This document shows, in pieces, positions 48,685-59,804 of a stretch of DNA of 64,000 nt. Origin of the DNA: Mobula hypostoma (lineage: Eukaryota); NCBI RefSeq assembly GCF_963921235.1, contig NC_086097.1:182778001-182842000 (forward strand). The letters are read 5' to 3'. Under the pieces are notes generated by a model. It was not told the origin of the DNA. It was given only the letters and a program-made list of their open reading frames with translations, and made no database searches. Both the position numbers and the translations under genes were made by a program. The first letter of the stretch is position 1. The number at the start of each line of letters is the position of its first letter.

Positions 48685-49822
48685 GTAACGCTGAGCCCAA
48701 GCAGACAGAGCCATTGCACCCCCCCCCCCCCGGAATGGAGGATGGGGTAGTCAGGGAAGGTGGGACATTTGGGAATGCTGGATGGAGAGGGAGTTGAGAG
48801 GTGAAATATTTGGGAAGAAGAGAAAGTCTCTGAGGTCCTTCCCTGCCCCGCTAGGTCACCTGCTTAGCTAACTCCTTACAGACACCACGCCTCAGTGACT
48901 CTCCATCATCCCTACTACAGATCCCAATCCCTCTCGGAGGGAACATTCTTTCTCAGGTTCCTCATTACCCCTCACCCCTGGGGAAAAGCCTCCTTCTACC
49001 CTTTCTGTGTCCCATGTAATTTTGTGCTCTTCTGTTAGGGCTTTCCCCTCCCCCCCACCACCTCCTGCACTCCAAGGGAAGTTAACCCAGCTTCTCCCAA
49101 CCTCTCCTCATCACTGAAACCCTCCATCACAGACCCAACTGTGGCAAATTCCACTTACCGTCTCTCCAGTGCCATTGCGCGCGCCCCCTCCCCCCGCCAT
49201 AATGTGGTGACTAGAACTGCACACAGTCCTCTACCTGGGGTCCAACGATGCACGGAGGTCAGGGCAGTAGGTGTGAGTTTTGTCCAGATTCAACAGGGAG
49301 GCTGCATCAAAAGTTTAGAATCCATGGGATTTTGGAGCATGTTGTTCAACTAGATCTAGATTTGGAATTGGCAATAGGAAACAGAGGCTGCTGCCACAAG
49401 GCAACAAATCCGGTTTATTTACCTGATAAAATTAATCTGGGTTACAGGGTTTATTACTGGTTTATGTGATTGGATAGCTGTGACCAGTGATGTTCCACAG
49501 GGATTTGTGTGGGGACACTTGCTCTTTGGAATCGATGTGAATGACTTGGATATGGATATGGGAGGTGTGATCAGTAGGTCTGCAGATGACACTAGGATTG
49601 GTGGAGATGTTGACTGTGTGGAGGGTGGTTGCAGACATGGCAAATGGAGTGTAATCCTAATGTACCGAGGGGTCTTGAGGTGCAAGGGCTCTGCTCCCTG
49701 AAACCAGCACCACATGTGGATAAGGTGGTACGGCATTCTGGGGTGGTGACAGTGACCTAGCCCCACAAAAATTGCTGTTTCACATGGTTCTTCCTCTGAT
49801 CCCAATGTTCCTGTTTCTCCAG

Positions 49823-49985
49823 GTGAACCCAGACAATTACTTGGAAACGTGCTTCTTCCCGTTCTGTGCTGGGGCTGCTACCCAGGAAGGGATTCGCCAT
49901 GCAGTGTGCCAGACCTTTGCCAGTTACTCCCGGGAATGTGGGCAACATCAAATCTACCTCCAGTGGCGATCCCCGGAATTCTGTG
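49823..49985 (+). CDS. SSPO: SCO-spondin coding exon 10 (C8)
   Basis: CTCCAG acceptor. VNPDNYLETCFFPFCAG...AVCQTFASYSRECGQHQIYLQWRSPEFC. Donor GTCAGG; phase 0-1. Confidence 0.95.
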
Positions 49986-50414
49986 GTCAGGATCTTTACT
50001 CACTCACTCGCTCTGCGGGGAATGGGTTAGGGTGTCACCTGCAACCACACCCATGCAACTCCACATCTGCAGCTATGCATGTCTGGCTGTGTCCATTGAC
50101 CACGTCTGGCTGCATGTTGCCTGCCCAGTGGTTAAGGCTGAAGTGGGTGAGACCAGCGTCAGTCACTGCTCACTGGTGCTGAGCCCAAGGGGTTGGGGGT
50201 GAGGGGCTGGGAGCTCTCTGCTGGTTGGGGTGGGGACTGATCCGGAGGATAGGTGGGATGAATTTGTGGGAGTGAGGGTGGACCTGGTGAGAGTGGAGTG
50301 GGGATAAGGACAGATGTTGTATCGGAAAGGAGACAGCCTGGTGGGATTTGATGGGTAGGGTGTGGACAGTGTGCTGCCTGGTGTGGGTTGTACAGTGTGG
50401 CCTGTTTTGGACAG

Positions 50415-50655
50415 AGAGGAGGTGTCCGGATCGGATGGTGTACTCAGACTGTGTGTCATCCTGCCCGGCCAGCTGTGAGGGAGGAGGCAGCCCAGCCCTG
50501 GGCTCCTGTCGGGAGGAGTGTGTGAGTGGCTGCGAGTGTCCCCAAGGGCTGTTCCAGGAGGGTGATCGGTGTGTTCCTGCCGACCAGTGTCCATGCTACC
50601 ATCGTGGCCAGAGGTATTCGCCTGGACAGACCATTCCACACAGGTGTAACCACTG
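50415..50655 (+). CDS. SSPO: SCO-spondin coding exon 11 (TIL plus start of VWC/TILa)
   Basis: GGACAG acceptor with a weak tract. [22 protein letters not shown]...[14 protein letters not shown]...[13 protein letters not shown]...CNH. Donor GTGAGT; phase 1-2. Confidence 0.95.
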
Positions 50656-51218
50656 GTGAGTGAACATGGCCCACGTTGTCTTTGCTGAACTTGGTGCCGA
50701 ATTAAACTAAAACCTCTTCTGCTGGCACCTACTCTGTATCTCTCTGCTGCCACACGTGTATAGTATATCCTGATCTAAACTGTGTCTACCTCCACACCAC
50801 CCCACAGCGTATTCTGTATAATAACCCCTCCCCGTCACTTCCACCCTCTGGAAACACACCCTCCCTCACGTTGTCCTCCAGCACTCCTAGAAAGAAGCCC
50901 CTCAACACCCTCCCATTCCCGTCCTGACAGCCCCACCTCACCCCACCCCTCTATCAGCCTATACCCCTCCCTCACCCCATTACTCCACCACCCCCTCCCC
51001 ATCTTCACTCCGGCCCCCAAGGGTAGACTCAGCTCATTGGAATCCTTGGCTCACTGACTGAGCTCTGAGGTCAGTGCCGAGCTCCCAGCCCCACTGCAGC
51101 CCAGAATGTTCCCCTCCCACTCTCCCTGTGATTCTGGAACATGTGCCTCCATCGTCCCTGAGAGTCTAGAATTTCTGCTCATGAGGCAACAGTGGCTGGC
51201 AGTTCAGCCCTTCAGTAT

Positions 51219-51780
51219 CAGTGCATGCTGGAAAACGCATGCTCAGTGTGGCATTCCCAGTGCATGCTGGAAAACACAGGCCCAGTGTGGCATTCCCAGT
51301 GCATGCTGGAAAACACAGGTCCAGTGTGGCATTCCCAGTGCATGCTGGAAAACACAGGCCCAGTGTGGCATTCCCAGTGCATGCTGGAAACACAGGCCCA
51401 GTGTGGCATTCCCAGTGCATGCTGGAAAACACAGGCCCAGTGTGGCATTCCCAGTGCATGCTGGGAAACACATGCCCAGTGTGGCATTCCCAGCGCATGC
51501 TGGGAAATGCAAGCCCTGTGTGGCATTCCCAGTGCATGCTGGAAAACGCATGCTCAGTGTGGCATTCCCAGTGCATGCTGGAAAACACAGGCCCAGTGTG
51601 GCATTCCCAGTGCATGCTGGAAAACACAGGTCCAGTGTGGCATTCCCAGTGCATGCTGGAAAACACAGGCCCAGTGTGGCATTCCCAGCGCATGCTGGGA
51701 AACACAAGCCCTGTGTGGCATTCCCAGTGAACGGTGGGAAACGCATGCCCAGTGTGTCGTTCCCGGTAATGCTGGGAAAT
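51219..51780 (+). repeat. 39-nt minisatellite (CAGTGTGGCATTCCCAGTGCATGCTGGAAAACACAGGCC)n
   Basis: About 14 units; each contains the inverted repeat CCAG-TGCATG-CTGG. Confidence 0.95.
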
Positions 51781-51948
51781 CTGAATTCTGGGAAATTCTG
51801 GCTCTGTAGAATTCCTGGATTAAACCTATAGCTGTTCCTCCATGGAAACATCTGGGCAACTGTTTATTCACCAAGGTCAGCTGTGCGCCTGTTATATGGG
51901 AGGTGATGTGTAAGTGCAGAAGTGAGTATGATCTGTTTTTCTGTGCAG

Positions 51949-52087
51949 TGTGTGTCAGCGGGGACGCTGGGCATGTACACAGGAGCGGTGTGCGGCGGAG
52001 TGCACCGTGCTGGGCGACCATCACTACACAACCTTCGATCGCCGGCGGTACACCATCCACGGGGCCTGTGAATACACATTGGTCGAG
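51949..52087 (+). CDS. SSPO: SCO-spondin coding exon 12 (end of VWC/TILa, start of VWD2)
   Basis: GTGCAG acceptor. VCQRGRWACTQERCAAECTVLGDHHYTTFDRRRY...CEYTLVE. Donor GTAAGC; phase 2-0. Confidence 0.95.
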
Positions 52088-52582
52088 GTAAGCCCTAGCA
52101 ACAGCCCAGCAATCACCCCCCCCCCCGCCATGGCATAACCCTCGCAATGCCTGAAAACACACTGGGCAACACCCCTACAATCCCCGGGCAACCCCCCCAC
52201 CCCCTCCCCCCCCCCAGCAAAACCCTCGATGTGGCGTTGACAATGCACCCAGCAACTTCCCTGTCGACATCCCGGTTACAGCCCCAGGAATGCCCCTAAG
52301 AACAGAACTGATGTCACCCCAGCAAAGCCCATGGCTACCCACTATCTGAAGTGAGGGTTTGAGGTCACCAGCCCAGCCCAGGAGACATAGAGATTGGGTG
52401 GGGCGGGGGGAGATTGCTGTAACTAGAAAACAGAGGGTGATGGGTTTTGGGATCCTGGCCCATTGTCAGCTCCCAGTCGTGAACTTGGGGACTGACTGCA
52501 TTGGGGCCCTTCCGTGGGAAAGGCTGGGTTTCCCAGGGCTCCCAGGATGTGCCGTTTCTTGCTCTCATTCCTGCTATTCCAG

Positions 52583-52706
52583 GACTACGTGGAGGGCAAG
52601 CTGCTGATGAGTGGGGAGTATGTGAACTGTGGGAGAGCATCAGGTGGGTGCCTGAGGGCCCTCACCGCCATCGTCTACAAAACCGTAGTGAAGCTGCGCC
52701 GGACAG
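52583..52706 (+). CDS. SSPO: SCO-spondin coding exon 13 (VWD2)
   Basis: TTCCAG acceptor. DYVEGKLLMSGEYVNCGRASGGCLRALTAIVYKTVVKLRRT. Donor GTATGG; phase 0-1. Confidence 0.93.
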
Positions 52707-52829
52707 GTATGGTGGGGGAGGGGAAGCGAAGGTGGGGAGGGGCAGGGGAGAGGAGAGGAGTTTGAGGTTGGGGAGGAATATGAGGGGGCAAAGCATGAGA
52801 GGGAAAGGGGAATCTGGGGTTTGAAGAGA

Positions 52830-53440
52830 TGGCAGAACAAGGGTTGGGGAGATGGGGATGGGGGTTGAGGACAGGAGTTGACATGAGGATTGGGAAGGTA
52901 GGAGTGGGGAAATGGGGGGTGGAGAAATGGGATTGAGTTGGGGAATGGGAGTTCGAGGGTTGGAGTGAAACAATTGGGGGTGGGGGTTGGGAGTTTTGAA
53001 GTGATGGGTGTTGGGTTGACAGGCATTGGATAGATGGAGAGATGGTGTTTGGGTTGATGTGTGAGGCGAGATGGGGCGAGACAAGTGTTGGAGAGATGGG
53101 AGATGGGTTTGGATTGATGGGTGAGGGGAGATGGGGTGAGGTGGGTGTTGGGCAGATGGAGTTTGGGTTGATGGGTGAGGGTCGATGGGGTGAGGTGAGT
53201 GTTGGGAAGATCGGGTTTGGGTTGATGGGTGAGGGTCGATGGGGTGAGGTGGGTGTTGGGGAGATGGGGTTTGGGTGAGATGGGGGTGAGGTGGGTGTTG
53301 GGGAGATGGGGTTTGGGTTGATGGGTGAGAGGAGATGGGGTGATGTAGGTCTTGGCTAGATGGTGTTTGGGTTGATGGGTGAGGGTCAATGGGGTGAGGT
53401 GGGTGTTGGGGAGATGGGGTTTGGGTTGATGGGTGGGAGT
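52830..53440 (+). repeat. G/T-rich degenerate tandem repeat (left part)
   Basis: Recurring GGGGTTTGGGTTGATGGGTGAGGG...GGGGTGAGGTGGGTGTTGGGGAGAT. Confidence 0.85.
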
Positions 53441-54845
53441 TCACAGGATCACAAGACAAAGGAGCAGAAGTAGGCCATTCGACCCATCGAGTCTGCTCCG
53501 CAGCTCCCCCATGAGCTAAGCTATTCACCCATCTAGTTCCAATTTCCGGCTTTTTCCCCATATCCCTTGATACCCTGACTAATTAGATACCTGTCAATCT
53601 CCTCCTTAAACACTCTCAGTGATTGGGCCTCCACAGCTGTATGTGGCAACAAATTCCACAAATCCACGACCCTCTGGCTAAAAAAAATTTCTCCTCATCT
53701 CTGTTTTAACTGGGTACCCTCTAATTCTAAGACTATGGCCTCTTGTCCTGGACTCACCAACCAAGGGAAACAACCTTCCCACATCTACTCTGTCCGACCC
53801 TTTCAACATTCGAAATGTTTCTATGAGATCCCCTCTCATTCTTCTATACTCTAATGAATACAGTCCAAGAGCCGACAAACGCTCCTCATATGTTAGCCCC
53901 TGCATTCCAGGAATCATCCTCGTAAATCTTCTCTGAACTCTCTTCAACATCAGTACATCCTTTCTAAGACAGGGGGCCCAAAACTGCACACAGTATTCCG
54001 AATGAGGTCTCACTAATGCCCCACAGAGCCTCATCAACACCTCCTTACTCTGATATACTATTCCTCTTGAAATGAATGCCAACATAGCATTCGCTTTCCT
54101 TACCGCTGATCCAACTTGGTGGTTGACCTTTAGGGTATCCTGCACGAGGACCCTCTAGTCCCTTTGCACTTCCGATTTTTGAATTTTCTCCCCATCTAAA
54201 TAATAATCAGCCCGATTATTTCTTCTTTCAAAATGTACAACCGTACATTTGTCAACGTTGTATCTCATCTGCCATTTCTTTGCCCATTCTCCCAAACTGA
54301 CTAAGTCTCCCTGCAACCTTTCCATTTCTTCAACATTTCCCGCTCTTCCACCTATCTTGGTGTCATCCGCAAACTTAGCCACAAAACCATTTAATCCATA
54401 ATCCAAATCATCGATATACATCGTAAAAAGAAACGGCCCCAACACCGACCCCTGCAGAACACCACTAGTAACCGGCAACCAATCAGAATAGGATCCCTTT
54501 ATTCCCACCCTTTGCTTTCTGCCTATCAGCCAATGCTCCACCCATTCCAATATCTTTCCTATAATTCCATGGGCTCTTATTTTATTAAGCTGCCTCATAT
54601 GCGGCACCTTATCGAAGGCCTGTTGAAAATCCAAATACACAACATCCACAGCCTCTCCCTTGTCAATCTTATTCGAGATTACCTTAAAAAATTCCAAGAG
54701 GTTGGTGAGGCAGGATCTTCCCTTCATGAAACCATGCTGGCTTCTGCCTATCTTGTCATGCACCTCGAGGTATTTCATAACCTCGTCCTTGAGGATTGAC
54801 TCTAATATCTTTCCAACTACCGATGTCAGACTAATAGGTCTGTAA

Positions 54846-55054
54846 ACAACAGGAATTCTGCAGATGCTGGAAATTCAAGCAACATACATCAAAGTTGCTG
54901 GTGAACGCAGCAGGCCAGGCAGCATCTATAGGAAGAGGCGCAGTCGACGTTTCAGGCCGAGACCCTTCGTCAGGACTAGACGAAGGGTCTCGGCCTGAAA
55001 CGTCGACTGCGCCTCTTCCTATAGATGCTGCCTGGCCTGCTGCGTTCACCAGCA
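54846..55054. mobile_element. Palindromic Penelope-type / hammerhead-motif element (copy f, youngest) inserted in CR1 ORF2
   Basis: Perfect 16-bp TSD ACTAATAGGTCTGTAA (54830-54845, 55055-55070). Perfect 79-bp inverted arms 54893-54971 and 54979-55057 around a 7-nt loop. Confidence 0.95.
54942..54977 (-). ncRNA. Minimal type-I hammerhead ribozyme motif
   Basis: Minus strand reads AGUC-CUGACGA-AGGGUCUCGGCCU-GAAAC-GUC-GACU. This gives helix I AGUC/GACU, both conserved core boxes, a short helix II, palindromic ACGU in place of helix III, and a GUC cleavage triplet. Activity is not shown. Confidence 0.75.
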
Positions 55055-56836
55055 ACTAATAGGTCTGTAATTTTCTTTTTGCTGCCTCCTTCCTTTCTTA
55101 AATAGCGGAACTACATTTGCGACCTTCCAGTCCTCCGGAACCATGCCAGAGTCTATTGATTCCTGGAAGATCATTTCCAATGCTTCCACAATCTCCAAAA
55201 CCACCTCCTTCAGAACGCTTGGGTGCACCTCATCCGGACCGGGAGACTTACCTATTCTTAGTCCATTTAGTTTCCCAAGCACTTTCTCTCTAGTAATCTT
55301 GACTGTACCTAATTCTATTCCCTGATACCTCTGGCTATCAGGTATATTACTCATGTCTTCCACTGTGAAGACTGATGCAAAATACTCATTCAGTTCCTCC
55401 ACCATCTCTTTGTTATCCATTATAATTTCTCCAGCATCATTTTCAATCGGTCCCGTATCTGCCCTTGTCACTCTTTTACTCTTCATATATTTAAAAAAAC
55501 TCTTAGTATCCTTTTTTATGTTAATCGCCAACTTCCTTTCATAATTCATCTTTTCTTTCCTGATGACTTTCTTAGTTTCCTTCTGTAAGTTTTTAAAAGT
55601 CTTCCAGTCCTCATTTTTCCCACTAACTTTTGCTTCCTTGTACGCCGTTTCTTTTGCTTTTATTTTTGCCTTAACCTCTCTCGTTAGCCATATTTGTGCC
55701 ATTTTTCCATTCATGATTTTCTTTTTTCTTGGAATATATTTTTCCTGCATTTCTTGTCGGAATTTCATCCAATTCTGCTCTGCCATCCCTCCATTTAGCT
55801 TACTTTTCCAATCGACTTGGGCCAGTTCCTCTCTCATACCACTGTAATTTCCTCTGTTCCACTGAAATATCGATACACCTGATACCAGCTTCTCCTTTTC
55901 AAATTTGAAACTGAACTCAATCATATTATGATCACTACTTCCAAGGGGTTCCTTTACCTCCAGCTCCCTAATCGCCTCAGGTTCGTTACACAGCACCCAA
56001 TCCAAAACAGCCGGTCCCCTGGTGGGCTTCTGGACAAGCTGCTCCAAAAAGCCATCCTGTAGGCATTCTACAAACTCCCTCTCCTGAGATCCATTACCTT
56101 CCCGACTTTCCCAATCCACTTTCATATTAAAATTCCCCATAATTATCTTGACATTTTCCTTCTGACACGCTTTTTCTATTTCCAGCTGCAACTTGTAGTC
56201 CACATCCCGGCTGCTGTTTGGAGGCCTGTATATAACTGCTGTTAGTGTCTTTTTACCCTTGCCATTTCTTAATTCTACCCATAAGGATTCTACCTCTTCT
56301 GATCCTATGTTCCTTCTTTCTATTGGTTTGATATCGTTACTTACCATCAGGGCCACGCCACCCCCTTTACCTACCTTCCTATCTTTCCTATACACTGTGT
56401 ATCCTTGTATATTCAGCTCCCAATCACATCCATCATTTAGCCATGACTCGGTGATGGCGACAATGTCATATCTTTTAACCTGCAGCTGTGCAGCAAGGTC
56501 ATCCACTTTATTTCTAACGCTGCGTGCATTTAAGTACAGTACATTTAGATCAGTATCTGTTGCCGATTTTGCTATATTTCTATTTTGCAGCAAATTATCC
56601 TGTATATTCACCAGCCTGTCCTTTTTGCCATCTTTGCTGCACAGTATTTTTGACTTATTTCTATTTTCCTCTTCCTCGACCCCAGCACCTTGGTTTCCTT
56701 CCCCTTGCCAACTTAGTTTAAACCCTCCCTAACAGCTATATTAAACAATCCCGTCAGGATATTAGTACCTTTTGAGTTCAGCTGTAATCCATCTTTTTTG
56801 TACAAGTCATACCTTCCCCAAAATAGATCCCAAAAA

Positions 56837-57400
56837 AGATGGATGGGGTGATGTGGGTGTTGACTAGATGGTGTTTGGGTTGTTGGGTGAGGGTCAATGG
56901 GGTGAGGTGGGTGTTGGGGAGATGGGGTTTGAGTTGATGGGTGGGAGTTGATGGGGTGAGGTGGGTGTTGGCTAGATGGGGTTTGGGTTGATGGGTGGGA
57001 GTCGATGGGGTGAGAAGGGTGTTGGGGAGATGGGGTTTGGGTGGATTGGGGTGGGTTTTGGAATGATGGGTGTTGAGTAGACAGGTATAGGATAGATGGG
57101 GAGATGGGGTTTGGATTGATGGGTGAGGGGAGATGGGGTGAGATGGGTGTTGGGGAGATGGAGTTTGGGTTGATGGGTGGGAGTTGATGGGATGAGAAGG
57201 GTGTTGGGAGATGGGGTTTGGGTTTATGGGTGAAGGGAGATGTGGATGAGACAAGTGTTGGGGAGATGGGGTTTGGGTTGATTGGGGTGGGGTGGGTTTT
57301 GGAATGATGGGTGTTGAGTAGACAGGTATAGGATAGATGGGGAGATGGGGTTTGGATTGATGGGTGAGGGGAGATGGGGGTGAGAAGGGTGTTGGGGTGA
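56837..57400 (+). repeat. G/T-rich degenerate tandem repeat (right part, resumes after the LINE)
   Basis: Same motifs as 52830-53440. Confidence 0.85.
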
Positions 57401-57461
57401 TGGTATCCAATGGGTGACAACCACCCTAGGTGTAGTGTGTGACTCGCTGCCTGTTCCACAG

Positions 57462-57634
57462 GGGACATCAGTGTGAATGGTCAAGACATGAAGCTGCCCT
57501 TCTCTAACAGGGACCTGTCAGTACTGCCGGTTTCATCCTCCTTCCTCCTGCTTCACTCCTCCGGTGTTGAGGTGTTGTGGGGTGTGGAGTTCACAGCTGC
57601 ATACATCACTCTGCAGCCCTCCTATGCTCACAGG
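57462..57634 (+). CDS. SSPO: SCO-spondin coding exon 14 (VWD2)
   Basis: CCACAG acceptor. DISVNGQDMKLPF...SSSFLLL...VLWG...AAYITLQPSYAHR. Donor GTGAGT; phase 1-0. Confidence 0.95.
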
Positions 57635-57763
57635 GTGAGTCTGTACCTCCAGTCACTCCTGGCCACTGGACACTCGCAATACTCCCATGATGGCAGGCGT
57701 TGGGCAGAGGGGAGATGTGGCGAATATGTCACCAAGTGAAGGCTGCCCTGCTCTATCAACCCA

Positions 57764-57930
57764 GCAGCTCAGTGGGTAGAACAGCTGCCTTCCAGCTCCA
57801 GGGCCCCAGGTTCAAACCTGACCTCTGGCGCTGTCAATGTGGAGTCTGTGTGTTCTCTCTGTGGTCACCTCCCACATCCCAGTGACGTGCTGGGTTGGAG
57901 GGGTAATTTATCATTTGCCCTGCTGTGGGT
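57764..57930 (+). mobile_element. tRNA-headed SINE, degraded
   Basis: A-box-like AGCTCAGTGG and B-box-like GGTTCAAACC, followed by a TGTGGAGT...CTCCCACATCCCA body. Confidence 0.65.
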
Positions 57931-58679
57931 GGGTGAGGAGGAGCATGTGGGGGAATGGAAGGGAATCAGTGGGAATGCATGGGTGGTGGTGGGAATATTT
58001 CTGATTAGGTTCCATGTGACTGCTGACAACAGTGGGGGGGGGAGCAGGACAGTAATGGGGTGAGGAGAGGAGCGGAGATGGGGGTGGGGATGAAGGTCGA
58101 GGAGACGGGGTAAAGCAGAGATGGCAGTGAAGGAGGCGAGTAGAGGAGTGCAGCATAGATGGGGGGTGCAGGTGAAGGAGATGGGGTGAAACACAGACAG
58201 GTGGGGGGTGACGGAGTGCAGCAAAGTGAGTAGTTTTTTTCTGAGACTGGAGACTGAGCTGTGGTTTCCAGGGTTCGATGATGGGGCATGATGAATTTTG
58301 GCTGACTTTAATAGGCTCAGTTTGGTGGAAACTCCAACTGTGAATGTGCTGATGGTACCCACAGGGAGACTGTAGCTGAGTGTCATGAGGCACAGGAGTG
58401 AGGGAGGCCTTACAACAAACTGAGCTCCTTCACCATGAGCCTCCCTCATAATCACTGCACTCTCCATCCTCCATCCTCTGCTCACCGCTCCCTCTACCTC
58501 ATCCCTCCACACTCCGGCCAAATCTATGTTGCCCCTCTTCTCAGCTATGCCCTCCTTCTCTTGTCTCTGTGCTCCCACTCTCACCCCCATATTCCTCTCC
58601 ATTCCCCTTATTCGCTGACCTCAGTTCCCCCATTCACTGGCCTCCACTTCCTATCTCCCTTCCCCACTTACTGACACCA

Positions 58680-58960
58680 CATTCACTGACCCCTTCTCAT
58701 TCCTGAGCTCCCTATTCACTGACCCCCTCCCATTCCTGAGCTCCCTATTCATTGACCCCTCCTATTCCTGAGCTCCCTATTCACTGACCCCCTCCCATTC
58801 CTGAGCTCCCTATTCATTGACCCCTCCTATTCCTGAGCTCCCTATTCACTGACCCCCTCCCATTCCTGAGCTCCCTATTCATTGACCCCTCCTATTCCTG
58901 AGCTCCCTATTCACTGACCCCCTCCCATTCCTGAACTCCCTATTCACTGACCCCTCCCAT
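58680..58960 (+). repeat. Minisatellite of alternating 33/32-nt units (CCTGAGCTCCCTATTCAYTGACCCC...)
   Basis: About 8 units; the two variants alternate as a 65-nt dimer. Confidence 0.92.
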
Positions 58961-59003
58961 CTTTGCCCCCACCCTCTCCCCATTCACTGACCCTTCTCAC
59001 CAC

Positions 59004-59804
59004 TGTTACGTACCCCGTAACTGGGTTGCCAAACCAGCAGAAATGGACCACTTAGTTGGAGACTGGATTACTGGAACTAAGAAAGTTTTATTAAAGAAAT
59101 AAGCAACACAGTACTCTAATCATAAGGATATAAATGCAACAGGTTAGCAATGGTAAAACACACATGTACACAGAACTAGGATAATAGGATCAATCAAGCT
59201 CTATCGCAGTCTGGGGGTAAAATGATCAGTCTCAAGTGACACAGAGTTCAGTTCGCAGTAATCGCTGTTGTGCCGTTGGGGAGGGAGAATGAATATGCAA
59301 ATCGGATTCAGACCGACCTTTGTTCTTCGCAGTTAGCTTTCGGCGCGAGCCCTTTTTAATGTCTTCTGAGGCCACCGACTGTGACCCCTCCGTTCCGGAT
59401 ACAATCATTCTTCCGCGGTGAACCCGGCACCCAGGCAAGGGTGGACATACACACCAGATTCCCGCCGATCGTACCTTCTCACCCTGTGCGTCTATGGTCG
59501 GTCCCGTGACCAGACCTCCAAACTCGCACCAACTTGTGGGGGCACACCGCTTTTCTAGAGTCTCGTTATCTCGTGGTGTCGTGGTGTGTGTTGCCTTAGC
59601 GAACCTGTTCCTTTTATCCCCCTGCTGGGGTATCGTCTGTCCATCAAACTTCAAACAGTTCAGGTTCAAAGCAACCGGTCCGTCAATACTCGGAACTGTG
59701 TCTCCTTTCGTTAATCTCTCTCGTCCCCCATTAACATTTCTGAATGTTCCCCCATTGTCTTTCTTATCGGCCTCAATCTTCTGATAACTTGGTATTTTGT
59801 CACA
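59004..59804 (-). mobile_element. Solo LTR (801 bp; Gypsy- or ERV-type)
   Basis: TG...CA termini (TGTTAC / GTCACA). 4-bp TSD CCAC (59000-59003, 59805-59808). Minus-strand AATAAA at 59087-59092; CpGs retained. Confidence 0.85.

Larger units (their letters stand above)
53441..56836 (-). mobile_element. Young, 5'-truncated CR1-like LINE (end of esterase-type ORF1 plus nearly intact EN-RT ORF2)
   Basis: ORF1 tail YKKDGLQLNSKGTNIL...REGLN*. ORF2 motifs VLYLNARSVRNK, IVAITESWL, IYRPPNS, SDHNMIEF, KSPGPD, YLDFQQAFDKVPH, QGSVLGPFLFTMYIDD, FADD. Short tandem tail TCTTGTGA/TCCTGTGA at 53441-53456. Confidence 0.95.

Noticed and set aside
51106..51851. Cys-rich repetitive ORFs (CGIPSACWKTQAQ)n resembling a keratin-associated or metal-binding protein
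   Set aside because: A 39-nt unit without stops gives repeats in many frames. The region is intronic, and the flanking SSPO exons join in phase without it.
52010..52030. Possible GDPH autocatalytic cleavage site in VWD2
   Set aside because: The sequence is GDHH, not GDPH.
54893..55057. pre-miRNA hairpin or classical MITE
   Set aside because: The arms are a perfect transposon-derived inversion, the element is asymmetric with an unpaired left extension, TSDs are long and variable (12-16 bp), and single-arm copies exist. This fits a Penelope-type retroposed repeat better.
57764..57830. tRNA gene
   Set aside because: A- and B-box-like motifs are present, but there is no complete cloverleaf and it continues into a SINE body.
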